Below, piece after piece: positions 24,483 through 32,829 of a stretch of 42,257 nucleotides of DNA (position 1 is its first letter; every line of letters begins with the position of its first letter). The position numbers and the translations under genes were made by a program. The stretch lies in assembly GCA_964469115.1 (NCBI GenBank), contig CAYXXW010000001.1:12824-55080 (forward strand), read 5' to 3'. A model generated the notes under the pieces. It was given only the letters and a program-made list of their open reading frames with translations, did no database searches and had not been told where the DNA came from. The stretch is from an uncultured Melioribacteraceae bacterium. Its GTDB lineage: Bacteria > Bacteroidota > Ignavibacteria > Ignavibacteriales > Melioribacteraceae.

Positions 24483-24937
24483 GATTTTAATCCTTGAAGT
24501 CTTTCGCTGGCTTCCAATAGACTAGTAATTCTAATTCCAAAATGTTTATCAATTACAACAACTTCACCTTCTGCAATTTTTTTATTGTTCACAAAAACAT
24601 CAACCGGTTCACTAGCCAATTTTTCCAGTTCAATTACATACCCGCGTTCCAGCTCCAGGATATCTTTGATTTGCATTTTTGTTCTGCCAAGTTCTATATA
24701 AACATTTAACTGTAAATCCTTAAGAAACTCTAATTTATCATCTTCAAAAAAACCTTTCTTTTTTGATTCGTCGAATTGAGGGAAATCTGCAACAGCAGCT
24801 GTAGTATTTTGTTTATTTTTTTCCGCTTCTAATGCTACCAGCATTTGAGCTTCTGCTTCTTCCTCACTTACATCAACGTGAGCTTCTTCATTTTCATTAA
24901 TGTTTTGGTCAGGATTCTTTTCTTTTTTCTCTGCCAT
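24479..24937 (-). CDS. fliN: C-ring protein FliN
   Basis: The C-terminal SpoA domain reads LQLNVYIELGRTKMQIKDILELERGYVIELEKLASEPVDVFVNNKKIAEGEVVVIDKHFGIRITS. The N terminus is acidic and there is no CheC-like domain. Confidence 0.92.
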   Translation of the reverse strand: MAEKKEKNPDQNINENEEAHVDVSEEEAEAQMLVALEAEKNKQNTTAAVADFPQFDESKKKGFFEDDKLEFLKDLQLNVYIELGRTKMQIKDILELERGYVIELEKLASEPVDVFVNNKKIAEGEVVVIDKHFGIRITSLLEASERLQGLKS

Positions 24938-24938
24938 T

Positions 24939-25925
24939 TTAGTTATTCCTTTTATCTACTCTTCTAGTAATTTTTACAGCTTTATGATTATTTACTACAC
25001 CGGAAACTCCGTTGTACATATGTTTGTTTTCTACGCTTATTTTTATTTCATCACCAATTTTGTTGGAAAGTGCAATTACATCGCCTTTTTTAAGTTTTAA
25101 CAGCTGACTAAAACTAATTGCTGATGTACCAAATTCAGCAGATAAGTTAAGCTCCGTTTTTTTAAGATGATTTGTTAAAATATTGTGAGCAGTAGTCCCT
25201 TGATATTTTATAGGTCTTATTGATGATAAATTCTGGTTTGTAAGTTTAGAAAGTATTGTATCGAATGCATAAGTAGCGAAACATAAATTCATCATATATG
25301 TTTCTTCGCCAATGTGAACCTCAAAAGTTACAAGAAGTACACTTTCACTTTGTGATGTAATTTGTACAAAGTCTATATCCGGTTCAAACTTATCAATTCT
25401 AAAATCATAGTCACCAATAATCTGCCATGCTTTTCCCAAATCCTGAAGTATTTTTGCAATTACCACTTCAAGTACTTTTTGTTCAATTGGAGTTATTACT
25501 TGTGCGCTTTTCGTTCCCTTCCCGTTGCCGCCAAGTAATCTATCAACCAATGTTAAAGCAAACTCCGAACTGAACTCCAAAATTCCCTTTATATCTGTGT
25601 GGTTGATATCAAATGTGAATAGGCATGCCGGATTTGAAACTGAGAGCACATATTCTGAATAATAAATTTGATCTACCGAAGTGACATTGCAAGTTACGAT
25701 TGATTGTAATTTTGTCATCAAATAAGAACTAAACATTTCTGCAAAGTTTTCATTGATGTTATGGATTGTTCTCAATTGATTTTTAGATATTCTGTTAGGA
25801 AGTCTAAAATCAAATGGAATTACTTCTTTATCTAGAGCTAAAGAAACTTCTTCCTTTTTATCAGAATCAGAATCCCTGTTCTTTAGAAGCGCATCAATTT
25901 CTTGTTGTGATAGTACTTCTGCCAT
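24939..25925 (-). CDS. fliM: C-ring switch protein FliM
   Basis: It has the N-terminal CheY-P binding motif LSQQEIDALL, a FliM middle domain and a C-terminal SpoA-like region. Confidence 0.93.
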   Translation of the reverse strand: MAEVLSQQEIDALLKNRDSDSDKKEEVSLALDKEVIPFDFRLPNRISKNQLRTIHNINENFAEMFSSYLMTKLQSIVTCNVTSVDQIYYSEYVLSVSNPACLFTFDINHTDIKGILEFSSEFALTLVDRLLGGNGKGTKSAQVITPIEQKVLEVVIAKILQDLGKAWQIIGDYDFRIDKFEPDIDFVQITSQSESVLLVTFEVHIGEETYMMNLCFATYAFDTILSKLTNQNLSSIRPIKYQGTTAHNILTNHLKKTELNLSAEFGTSAISFSQLLKLKKGDVIALSNKIGDEIKISVENKHMYNGVSGVVNNHKAVKITRRVDKRNN

Positions 25926-25926
25926 T

Positions 25927-26448
25927 TTAATTTATCAGGTATTTACTGAAATAAACATTTTTTACTTTGGCTTTAGGATAAGTATCATTAATCTTATCAA
26001 CTAGCTCAACCTTCAAAGAATCTTTTAATTCAATTCTACTTAACGTGCCTAAACTTTTTTGTGAAACTGTATGAATTATCATATCTTTTATTATTATTTC
26101 ATTTTCTTGAAGTAAAGTCAATTCTTCGTCTCCACTAACTCCAAATCCTACTGATAAAAGTAAAAGTCTTTGACCACTAGTTCCGGCAGGATTGATAATT
26201 AAATCTTCTATATTAAAAATTTTCTGTGCAGTGTATTCATTTCCATCCTCGCTAACTTCTTCAGTTGCTTTAGCATCACCGCTTTCAGTTGAACCCGGTG
26301 CACTTTTTACTAAAAATGTTGCTGTAATGAAATAAACTAACACTAACTGAATAATAAATAGAGGTAAGCCGATAAAAATTACTTTTAAGTTTAATCCCTT
26401 TTTGGGGGTTTTCTCTTCAGTAGTTTCTTTCTTTTCTTCTTCTGGCAT
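25927..26448 (-). CDS. fliL: Basal-body-associated protein FliL
   Basis: The 173-aa product has a single TM segment and the FliL-like LIINPAGTSGQRLLLLSVGF...IKDMIIHTVSQKS. It is the first gene after the spacer and lies upstream of fliM. Confidence 0.85.
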   Translation of the reverse strand: MPEEEKKETTEEKTPKKGLNLKVIFIGLPLFIIQLVLVYFITATFLVKSAPGSTESGDAKATEEVSEDGNEYTAQKIFNIEDLIINPAGTSGQRLLLLSVGFGVSGDEELTLLQENEIIIKDMIIHTVSQKSLGTLSRIELKDSLKVELVDKINDTYPKAKVKNVYFSKYLIN

Positions 26449-26479
26449 ATTTTACTTTCTCCAATTTTAATATTTTTAT

Positions 26480-26494
26480 TCAATTGGTATGCCA
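26480..26494 (-). promoter_or_regulatory. Candidate sigma-54 (-24/-12) promoter for the fliL-flhG operon
   Basis: The minus strand reads TGGCATaccaaTTGA, 31 nt upstream of the fliL ATG. A GGAG Shine-Dalgarno lies between them. The same motif at the same spacing occurs upstream of flgB. Confidence 0.35.
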
Positions 26495-26673
26495 TTAGAA
26501 AAAGTTGGTTTTATTGCAAAAAATGGATAAAATGAGGTGTTTTTAAGCTTTCTGAATATTTATAAGTGTATAATATTAACCATTTGCCTATTAATATTGA
26601 ATTTATTTTATAAAACTACGCTGAGCTTTTCTTATTGCTTAATTTTAGAGATTCTGCAAAATAAGAATTGTTA

Positions 26674-26790
26674 GTCATTCCCAGCCTGCTTGCAGCAGGC
26701 AAGCTCGACTTGGAATCCAGGCACCTAAACAATAGATTTCCAATAAACTAGTGCCCAAATGTTTCTATTGGGTAAGCATTCGGAAATGAC
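26674..26790. repeat. GC-rich palindromic (REP/MITE-like) structured element in the flgE-fliL spacer
   Basis: The imperfect termini are GTCATTCC...GGAAATGAC. There is a perfect hairpin GCCTGCT-TGC-AGCAGGC (26684-26700). Further inverted repeats are GGCAC/GTGCC (26720-24 / 26751-55) and CAATAGA/TCTATTG (26730-36 / 26764-70). The element is markedly GC-richer than its surroundings. Confidence 0.4.
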
Positions 26791-26800
26791 ATATTTTGGA

Positions 26801-26835
26801 TAAAAAAATATGGGGATCATTTTACTGATCCCCAT
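26801..26835 (-). terminator. Rho-independent terminator downstream of flgE
   Basis: A perfect 10-bp stem ATGGGGATCA/TGATCCCCAT with a 6-nt loop begins 12 nt after the flgE stop. On the minus strand it is followed by TATTTTTTTA. Confidence 0.75.
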
Positions 26836-26847
26836 TTATATTTCTTA

Positions 26848-28485
26848 CTATCTAACTAAGTTTGTTATTTCCTGAAGTAATGTATCAGAAACAGTAATTA
26901 CTCTGGAGTTCGCCTGGAAGCCTCTCTGAGATACAATCATTCTGGTAAATTCTTCAGATAAATCAACATTCGACTGTTCTAAAGCACCGGATTGAATTGT
27001 AGTATTACTTGACTCACCTGGTTCACTGATGTAAGGCTCACCGGCATTAGCAGATAATGTAAACATATTCTCACCGACACTTGTCAAAGCATTTCTGTTT
27101 GGAAATGTTGAGATCAATATCTGAGCTAATTGTCTTGATTTACCATTTGAAAACACACCTTCAATATAGCCATATTGATCAATGCTGATATTAGCTAGAG
27201 AAGCTGCGGATGAACCATTTTGCGAAAGAGCTGATACAACTGAGGAATTTGCACTTTGAGAAATTCCGGTAAAATCTTCACCAAAGTCTAAAACAATATT
27301 TTGTTGAGAAGCTCCGCCTTCCGGTAAAAATGTAACTACCGGAGGATTTGGTGAAATTGCAGCTATAGAACCATCAGCATTAAAAGATATAGTGCCGGAA
27401 TTTGCACTTATGGTTCCACTTTCAGCCGGTACTTCAGTTGTCCAAATCCAGTTATTATCTGAAATTTTTGTGTATTTTAAAGTTAACGTATGAGCATTAC
27501 CTAATGAATCGAACATTGAAACAGTGCCCATCACAATTGTTGAGTCTCTGTTATTATCAACAGATGAGCTTAAGGTTTTTTCAGTTCTTTGTTCAACTGA
27601 TGTAGGATCAAATTTAAAGTCAATTCCTAAAGAAATATCGGATATTGTTAATTCCGCAGGAGGATTGCCGCCTAGTGTTAACATTGCTCCCTCATTAGCA
27701 ACTGTGTCAAAAACAGCTTCTACAGTAGTTGGAGCTATAACGCTGTTGTCATCTGAATCAAATAATTCATATGTTAAATTATAAGTATTATCCGCTATTT
27801 TCTCATATGTTGTTTTAAAATTATACTCATTTCCAAGCTCATCATAAACAGTATTGTTCTCTTCTGCAATATCACCAACTAACATATCCACATCTATATT
27901 ACCTTTTTGAACATACTCTTCAGATCTTGTTAAAGGTGAAGTACTATCTAAGTTACCACCCCAAGAAACGTCTGTTGTTGCAACAGCAGGTAATTTTAAG
28001 TTAGAATCAATTCCAATGTTTTCAAGATTATTTCCAGGAGGAATTGTACCATCATCAGTTGCTACTTTACCTTGTACAATTGCACCGTTTTGCGGATTAA
28101 CCAGCTGACCATTTGCATCAAAAATAAATGCACCTGCTCTTGAATAAAATGTTTCACCATTTTTCTTAAGAACAAAAAGTCCGTCGCCTTGTAAAGCCAA
28201 ATCTGTTGTTATACCTGTTCTTTCAAATGTACCTTGGTTCCAGTTTCTATCAACTGAATTTAATTTCATACCAAGACCAACTTGAAAAGTGTTTGTACCA
28301 CCAGCTGTATCTGTTGGATTAGTTCCGTAACGAACAAATTGATTGAATGTGTCACTAAAGGTAACTCTGCTTCCTTTATAACCAATTGAGTTAACATTGG
28401 CTATATTGTTACCAATAACGTCTAACATTGATTGATGATTTCTGATACCGGATACACCGGCGAATAGAGAATTAATAAGAGACAT
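26848..28485 (-). CDS. flgE: Flagellar hook protein FlgE
   Basis: The N terminus is MSLINSLFAGVSGIRNHQSMLDVIGNNIANVNSIGYK. The C terminus is GALEQSNVDLSEEFTRMIVSQRGFQANSRVITVSDTLLQEI. A strong Shine-Dalgarno AGGAGG (28491-28496) precedes it. Confidence 0.95.
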   Translation of the reverse strand: MSLINSLFAGVSGIRNHQSMLDVIGNNIANVNSIGYKGSRVTFSDTFNQFVRYGTNPTDTAGGTNTFQVGLGMKLNSVDRNWNQGTFERTGITTDLALQGDGLFVLKKNGETFYSRAGAFIFDANGQLVNPQNGAIVQGKVATDDGTIPPGNNLENIGIDSNLKLPAVATTDVSWGGNLDSTSPLTRSEEYVQKGNIDVDMLVGDIAEENNTVYDELGNEYNFKTTYEKIADNTYNLTYELFDSDDNSVIAPTTVEAVFDTVANEGAMLTLGGNPPAELTISDISLGIDFKFDPTSVEQRTEKTLSSSVDNNRDSTIVMGTVSMFDSLGNAHTLTLKYTKISDNNWIWTTEVPAESGTISANSGTISFNADGSIAAISPNPPVVTFLPEGGASQQNIVLDFGEDFTGISQSANSSVVSALSQNGSSAASLANISIDQYGYIEGVFSNGKSRQLAQILISTFPNRNALTSVGENMFTLSANAGEPYISEPGESSNTTIQSGALEQSNVDLSEEFTRMIVSQRGFQANSRVITVSDTLLQEITNLVR

Positions 28486-28536
28486 AATGCCCTCCTAAGG
28501 TTTGTTAAGTTGAATTCAACGTCAGTCGGTCAGTCG

Positions 28537-28570
28537 AATCCGGGGCGTCCTTTGAAGGTCCCGCCCGATT
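28537..28570 (-). promoter_or_regulatory. GC-rich stem-loop in the flgE 5' leader
   Basis: The minus-strand RNA AAUCGGGCGGGACCUUCAAAGGACGCCCCGGAUU can form a stem of about 9-11 bp. No U-tract follows, so it is not a canonical terminator. It is flanked by the tandem octamer CGACTGAC x2 (28521-28536) and the palindrome TTGAATTCAA (28510-28519). Confidence 0.4.
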
Positions 28571-28587
28571 TAATTAGTTAATTATTT

Positions 28588-28965
28588 TTACGTTGTAAAT
28601 ACTACACTATCAATATTGGTGAATATGTTTTCATTACTTTTATCAATATCCAGAGCAGTAATAACTGTTTTATTCGGAATGTTGACAATAAAAGCACGGT
28701 TATTCATCATCACCAGGGAATCCTTTGCTCCTTTTGCTTCAGCCCTTGTTACAGCATCTTGCAGCTTATTCATATCCGTACTGGATAATTGAAGGTCACG
28801 TGATTCGAGCCTTTTAGATGCATGATTTGAAAACTTTATGCTTTCAAACTCTTTTCTAAAAATCGAATCAAAACTGCCTTTACCTTCAACAACCTTATCA
28901 ACGGGATGCTCGGGCTTAACTACCGGAACAAAAGGTACTTTTATTCCGTTAATCATTTGCGACAT
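28588..28965 (-). CDS. Small flagellar operon protein (flgD-flgE spacer family, TIGR02530-like from memory)
   Basis: The 125-aa product carries KFSNHASKRLESRDLQLSSTDMNKLQDAVTRAEAKGAKDSLVMMNNRAFIVNIPNKTVITA. This matches my recollection of the conserved protein found between flgD and flgE in Firmicute/spirochaete-type operons. Confidence 0.7.
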   Translation of the reverse strand: MSQMINGIKVPFVPVVKPEHPVDKVVEGKGSFDSIFRKEFESIKFSNHASKRLESRDLQLSSTDMNKLQDAVTRAEAKGAKDSLVMMNNRAFIVNIPNKTVITALDIDKSNENIFTNIDSVVFTT

Positions 28966-28974
28966 TTTACTTAC

Positions 28975-29772
28975 CTATAGTTTATTACTGAAAATATCGT
29001 CATCTTTTAGTCGAATAGGAGGATCTAAATAACTTTTATCTTCCTCATCTTCTAATTCGGCTTCTTCTTCTGTTGTTTCTTCTGTAACATTAGAAGATTG
29101 ACTACCTTCAAGAACTTCAAATACATCTGAGATTGAGTATTCAAGATCATTAACAACCAGAGAAGTACCATTTGGTGAAAATCTAACGCCATCAATTATA
29201 CCAACAAAGTATTGTGCAACTTCCATTGGTGTTAAACCAAGGTTTTTGGCTTTAATCTCAACCCGGTAATCGCCAACATTCACTTTGTTGCCATCATTAT
29301 CGGTAAAATCCCAATTAAGTTTATACTGCCCCGCTTCCAATTCTAGATCATCAAATGTTTTCACCTTAACATTGTTAGAATCATAGATATTTATTTCAAC
29401 TTCGTGTGCTGGGGCAATTAAATTATAACCAATAATGGTTTCGTCTTGTCCTTCATACTTAACCGTATCTCCCGCAATTTTTACTTCTTTGCCAATCAGT
29501 CCAGCTGTCATAGTATTGGTTATGGATTGAGTTAACAGATAGTTAGCGTCAAGACTCATGTTCAGACTATCGTTAATATTCTGCAATTGCTCCAATGAAC
29601 TGAATTGGGCAAGTTGAGCAGAATAATCGGACCCATCCATCGGTTCCAACGGATCTTGATTCTGCAGCTGCGCAATCATCAATTTAAGAAATGAATCTTT
29701 ATCAAGATCACTTTTGCTGTTTGTTGCATATTCTACGCTTGTATTCAATGCAGTGGAAACTCCATCAATCAT
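28975..29772 (-). CDS. flgD: Hook capping/scaffold protein FlgD
   Basis: The N-terminal motif is DKDSFLKLMIAQLQNQDPLEPMDGSDYSAQLAQFSSLEQL. An Ig-like FlgD domain follows (W.G.D..G..v..G.Y pattern: LNWDFTDNDGNKVNVGDYRV). Confidence 0.93.
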   Translation of the reverse strand: MIDGVSTALNTSVEYATNSKSDLDKDSFLKLMIAQLQNQDPLEPMDGSDYSAQLAQFSSLEQLQNINDSLNMSLDANYLLTQSITNTMTAGLIGKEVKIAGDTVKYEGQDETIIGYNLIAPAHEVEINIYDSNNVKVKTFDDLELEAGQYKLNWDFTDNDGNKVNVGDYRVEIKAKNLGLTPMEVAQYFVGIIDGVRFSPNGTSLVVNDLEYSISDVFEVLEGSQSSNVTEETTEEEAELEDEEDKSYLDPPIRLKDDDIFSNKL

Positions 29773-29781
29773 TTTTTACTC

Positions 29782-32283
29782 CTATGCTATATATTCGTAT
29801 GTGTTATAGCCTAATTGTTTTTTACTTTTTTCTTCTTCGGTCTCTCCTACCTGCCCCAAGTTTTCCGATTCGTTTTGAGATTTGTTATTTATTTTTTTTC
29901 CATCTCTTTGTTGCTTTGAATAGCTTAAAGAAATATTTAGAGAATTTAGTTGTAAACCATTATTACTTAACTGCTGCTGAAGTTTATCAATATTCTTTTC
30001 AACAAGCTGCTTTGCTTGCTCATTGTCTACTTCAATATGCGCCTTCAACATTTTATCAACTGTATCAAGTGTAATTTTCATTCTCCCAAGATGCTCTGGC
30101 CGAATGTCAAAAGATAAACTTCCTTTTTCCTGCCTAGAAATAAATTCGGATATTTCTTTTATCACTTCTACCGATTTAATAATTTGTGGAGCAGCTTTTG
30201 GTTCGGAAAACGTTGTTTTATTATCCGCAAAATTTAGTTGTCCGATTTCACTTTTGTTTAATGTCTGAAAATTAGTTTCAACATGTTGCTTCATCTCAAA
30301 TTGACCAGATGACGAAGATGAACTTTTATTAAACTTTGATTCATTATTATCTGAATTTGCATCACTATTTTTTGCAGTATTACCTTCAGCCGGTTTCTCT
30401 TCAATTGAATTGTCTATTGACTCATTCTTATCACTTACTGACTTAATTCCCCCTTTAATTTTTACCGAGAACTTCTTATTGTCTTTAACTACACTATTTT
30501 CAATATTGGGGTTTACTGAATTCTGTGTTGCTGCTTTTACTTCTTGATTTTCTTTTTGAACAAGTGTGCTATTATCATTCTCTCGAACTTTTTTTACTTG
30601 GTCGTCAGTTGCATTTTTTCCTTGACCAGTAACATTATTTTTCATCTCAGTTTTTAGATCAGAAATATGTTTAGGTTCTGATTTCTCAACCGAAGCAATT
30701 TTACTATTTACTGAGCTGGCTGGTCTAATGCTCTCATTTATCTTTGCCTTAGTATTATTCAGAGCTTTGATATCATCTACTTTATTTTGCTGACTATTAT
30801 TTTCTGTTTTAACTGTTTTTAATTCAACATTCAACTTTTCTGATGATACTTCTTTTGCATTAATTTTTACAGATTCTGATTTTTCCTTGGCTTTATTCTC
30901 ATTTGATTTAGCATTTTCTGCTTTATCATTTTTAAACTCAGTTGAAGGTGATTCTGAAATTACTTTTTTACCAGTCTTAACATTTAAATCAGTTTTAAAA
31001 TTTTTATTATCTACCGACTTAGGTTTTGATTCTTTATTTTCAACATTATTATTAGATTTTTCTGAAAGTTTTATATTACTCGATTCAGTGATCTTATCAT
31101 TTAGGGAACTACTACTTTTAGTGTTCTTAATCAAATGGATCTCTGATTTTTGTGAACCAATCTTCTGATTAAAATCAATTCTTCTTAGCGCTGACTCAAA
31201 TTCCTTTGGAGTTAATTCTGATTTACTTTTCACAGAGTTTAATACATTATTCTCATCTTGTTTTTTGACGATTGTAATTTTGCTAACACTGTAATCGCTT
31301 TCCTTTTTACCTTCATTAGTATTAACTAATTTTAGGTTTGTATAGGATTTGCTGGCGGAGACCTCAGTTTTAAATCCGTCTACTTTAACTTCATTGTTTT
31401 TTAACTCACTTGGTACAAAACTAATTTTTTCCAGCGGTACTTTACTAGTAGTTAAATCTACTTTATCACTGCTGTTTTTTAGAAAATTCAGATTGTGTAT
31501 GAATGTTTTGTTTGATCTAATATTTTTTGTTAAAGATTCAAACTCATTGCCATCATGAGAAAAAGAATAAACGCTTAAAGTAGGTTTAATAATTTCAGCT
31601 TGACCATTTGTTAATTTAATTTCGCTACTGCTTGCAAACAACTTATCTGCAGATTCTCTAGAAGTTCTAAAGAATGCTTCATTATTATTTTCGTTTCCGA
31701 ATATTGATAAGAGTCTTGATTTTTCAGGAACGACTAAGGTTTGAACAATAATCTTATCACTTACTGATTTTCCATTACCGTCTTTGACTAATTCAATATT
31801 TACAGCCGATTTTTGATCCTCAAGATTTAGCAATAAACCGGATTTCTGACTAATATTCTGCTCAATAATTTCTGCACCAATTAAATTATGTAAAAAGTTT
31901 TGCAACTCACCTTTCAATGGCTCTTTACTTATATAAGAAACAGCTTTATCATTTGATGCGACTAATTCTTCATTAATTAAAAGTTGTGCAATTTCAGTAG
32001 GTAAAATATCCGCCAATTCAGATTTGACTTGTTCACTGTGTTCATCAGTTAATAATCTGTACTTTAATTGAATAAGTTTCTGTTCACTTTCTAAGCCGAG
32101 TTGAAGATCCCTGTTAATTCCATTTAGATTCAATGATGACTTTCCATTTCCTTTTGTCGAGGGATTCATTACAACTTTGACAATATCAGAAAACAGATAT
32201 TTATTATTAGCAAGTTTTCCTGATTTAGGTATTAAACTCTGCGTAATTCCATTTTCACCAATAAAGAGAGGATTAAAAATCAT
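29782..32283 (-). CDS. fliK: Hook-length control protein FliK (unusually long, 833 aa)
   Basis: The C-terminal Flg_hook motif is SLSFDIRPEHLGRMKITLDTVDKMLKAHIEVDNEQAKQLVEKNIDKLQQQLSNNGLQL. The middle is long and rich in K/S/N/E low-complexity sequence. It sits between ylxF-like and flgD. Confidence 0.8.
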   Translation of the reverse strand: MIFNPLFIGENGITQSLIPKSGKLANNKYLFSDIVKVVMNPSTKGNGKSSLNLNGINRDLQLGLESEQKLIQLKYRLLTDEHSEQVKSELADILPTEIAQLLINEELVASNDKAVSYISKEPLKGELQNFLHNLIGAEIIEQNISQKSGLLLNLEDQKSAVNIELVKDGNGKSVSDKIIVQTLVVPEKSRLLSIFGNENNNEAFFRTSRESADKLFASSSEIKLTNGQAEIIKPTLSVYSFSHDGNEFESLTKNIRSNKTFIHNLNFLKNSSDKVDLTTSKVPLEKISFVPSELKNNEVKVDGFKTEVSASKSYTNLKLVNTNEGKKESDYSVSKITIVKKQDENNVLNSVKSKSELTPKEFESALRRIDFNQKIGSQKSEIHLIKNTKSSSSLNDKITESSNIKLSEKSNNNVENKESKPKSVDNKNFKTDLNVKTGKKVISESPSTEFKNDKAENAKSNENKAKEKSESVKINAKEVSSEKLNVELKTVKTENNSQQNKVDDIKALNNTKAKINESIRPASSVNSKIASVEKSEPKHISDLKTEMKNNVTGQGKNATDDQVKKVRENDNSTLVQKENQEVKAATQNSVNPNIENSVVKDNKKFSVKIKGGIKSVSDKNESIDNSIEEKPAEGNTAKNSDANSDNNESKFNKSSSSSSGQFEMKQHVETNFQTLNKSEIGQLNFADNKTTFSEPKAAPQIIKSVEVIKEISEFISRQEKGSLSFDIRPEHLGRMKITLDTVDKMLKAHIEVDNEQAKQLVEKNIDKLQQQLSNNGLQLNSLNISLSYSKQQRDGKKINNKSQNESENLGQVGETEEEKSKKQLGYNTYEYIA

Positions 32284-32828
32284 TTTTGTGACCTCGTTAA
32301 TCTTTTTACAGTTTCAGTATTTAAGCCGGATAGAATTTCGGCAGCTTTTTTGTTTTTCATAGAATAAATAATTTCTCTCGCCTCATTTTCTGGTAGCTTA
32401 GCAAGCAGATCAGCGGCTTTATTTGTCTCCATAGCCTCGTATAGCTTAATAGTAGATTTAAGCCATTCTGCATACTCAGTTGTCTTTTCTTCTTCTAGCT
32501 GATTTTTAAGCTGTTCAATTTTCTTTTCTTTTATACTTAACTCTTGCTCAGCTTTTGTCAGTTCACTTTTGGTATCATTTAAACTTTTTTCAAGTTCTTC
32601 TTTCTCTTCTTGAAATAAATTCTCAGCTAAAAACAGACTATCGCTAATCATGACATCAGTAGAATCAATCGAAGCTAAACTATCTGCCATTATAACTTCA
32701 ATAGTTTTTGCATCCCTAAAATCTAATGCAAATATATTCGCAAATTTATTGTTCAAAATATAGATTACTGCTGTTGTACCTAAAAAAGCTATAATAAATG
32801 TCATTGCATATACAATTGTGTTTTTCAT
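32280..32828 (-). CDS. YlxF/FlbB/MotE-like flagellar protein (N-terminal TM, coiled coil, MgtE_N-like C terminus)
   Basis: It has a TM segment (IVYAMTFIIAFLGTTAVIYIL), a coiled coil, and then YEAMETNKAADLLAKLPENEAREIIYSMKNKKAAEILSGL. It occupies the fliJ-X-fliK position held by B. subtilis ylxF. Confidence 0.65.
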   Translation of the reverse strand: MKNTIVYAMTFIIAFLGTTAVIYILNNKFANIFALDFRDAKTIEVIMADSLASIDSTDVMISDSLFLAENLFQEEKEELEKSLNDTKSELTKAEQELSIKEKKIEQLKNQLEEEKTTEYAEWLKSTIKLYEAMETNKAADLLAKLPENEAREIIYSMKNKKAAEILSGLNTETVKRLTRSQK

Positions 32829-32829
32829 T

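Noticed and set aside
26674-26790. GC-rich island considered as a tRNA, tmRNA fragment or CRISPR repeat.
   Set aside because: No cloverleaf arms or anticodon-loop geometry could be drawn. There are no direct repeats with spacers nearby. The palindromic architecture fits a REP/MITE-like element or regulatory hairpins better.
28510-28519. TTGAATTCAA palindrome (EcoRI site) in the flgE leader as a possible operator.
   Set aside because: Taken alone it is a 10-bp palindrome that could arise by chance. I kept it only as part of the description of the structured leader, not as a stand-alone binding site.
30300-31300. Repetitive-looking K/S/N/E-coding DNA in fliK considered as a tandem-repeat or CRISPR-like array.
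   Set aside because: No exact repeat unit or regular periodicity could be seen. It is compositional low complexity within an intact ORF.
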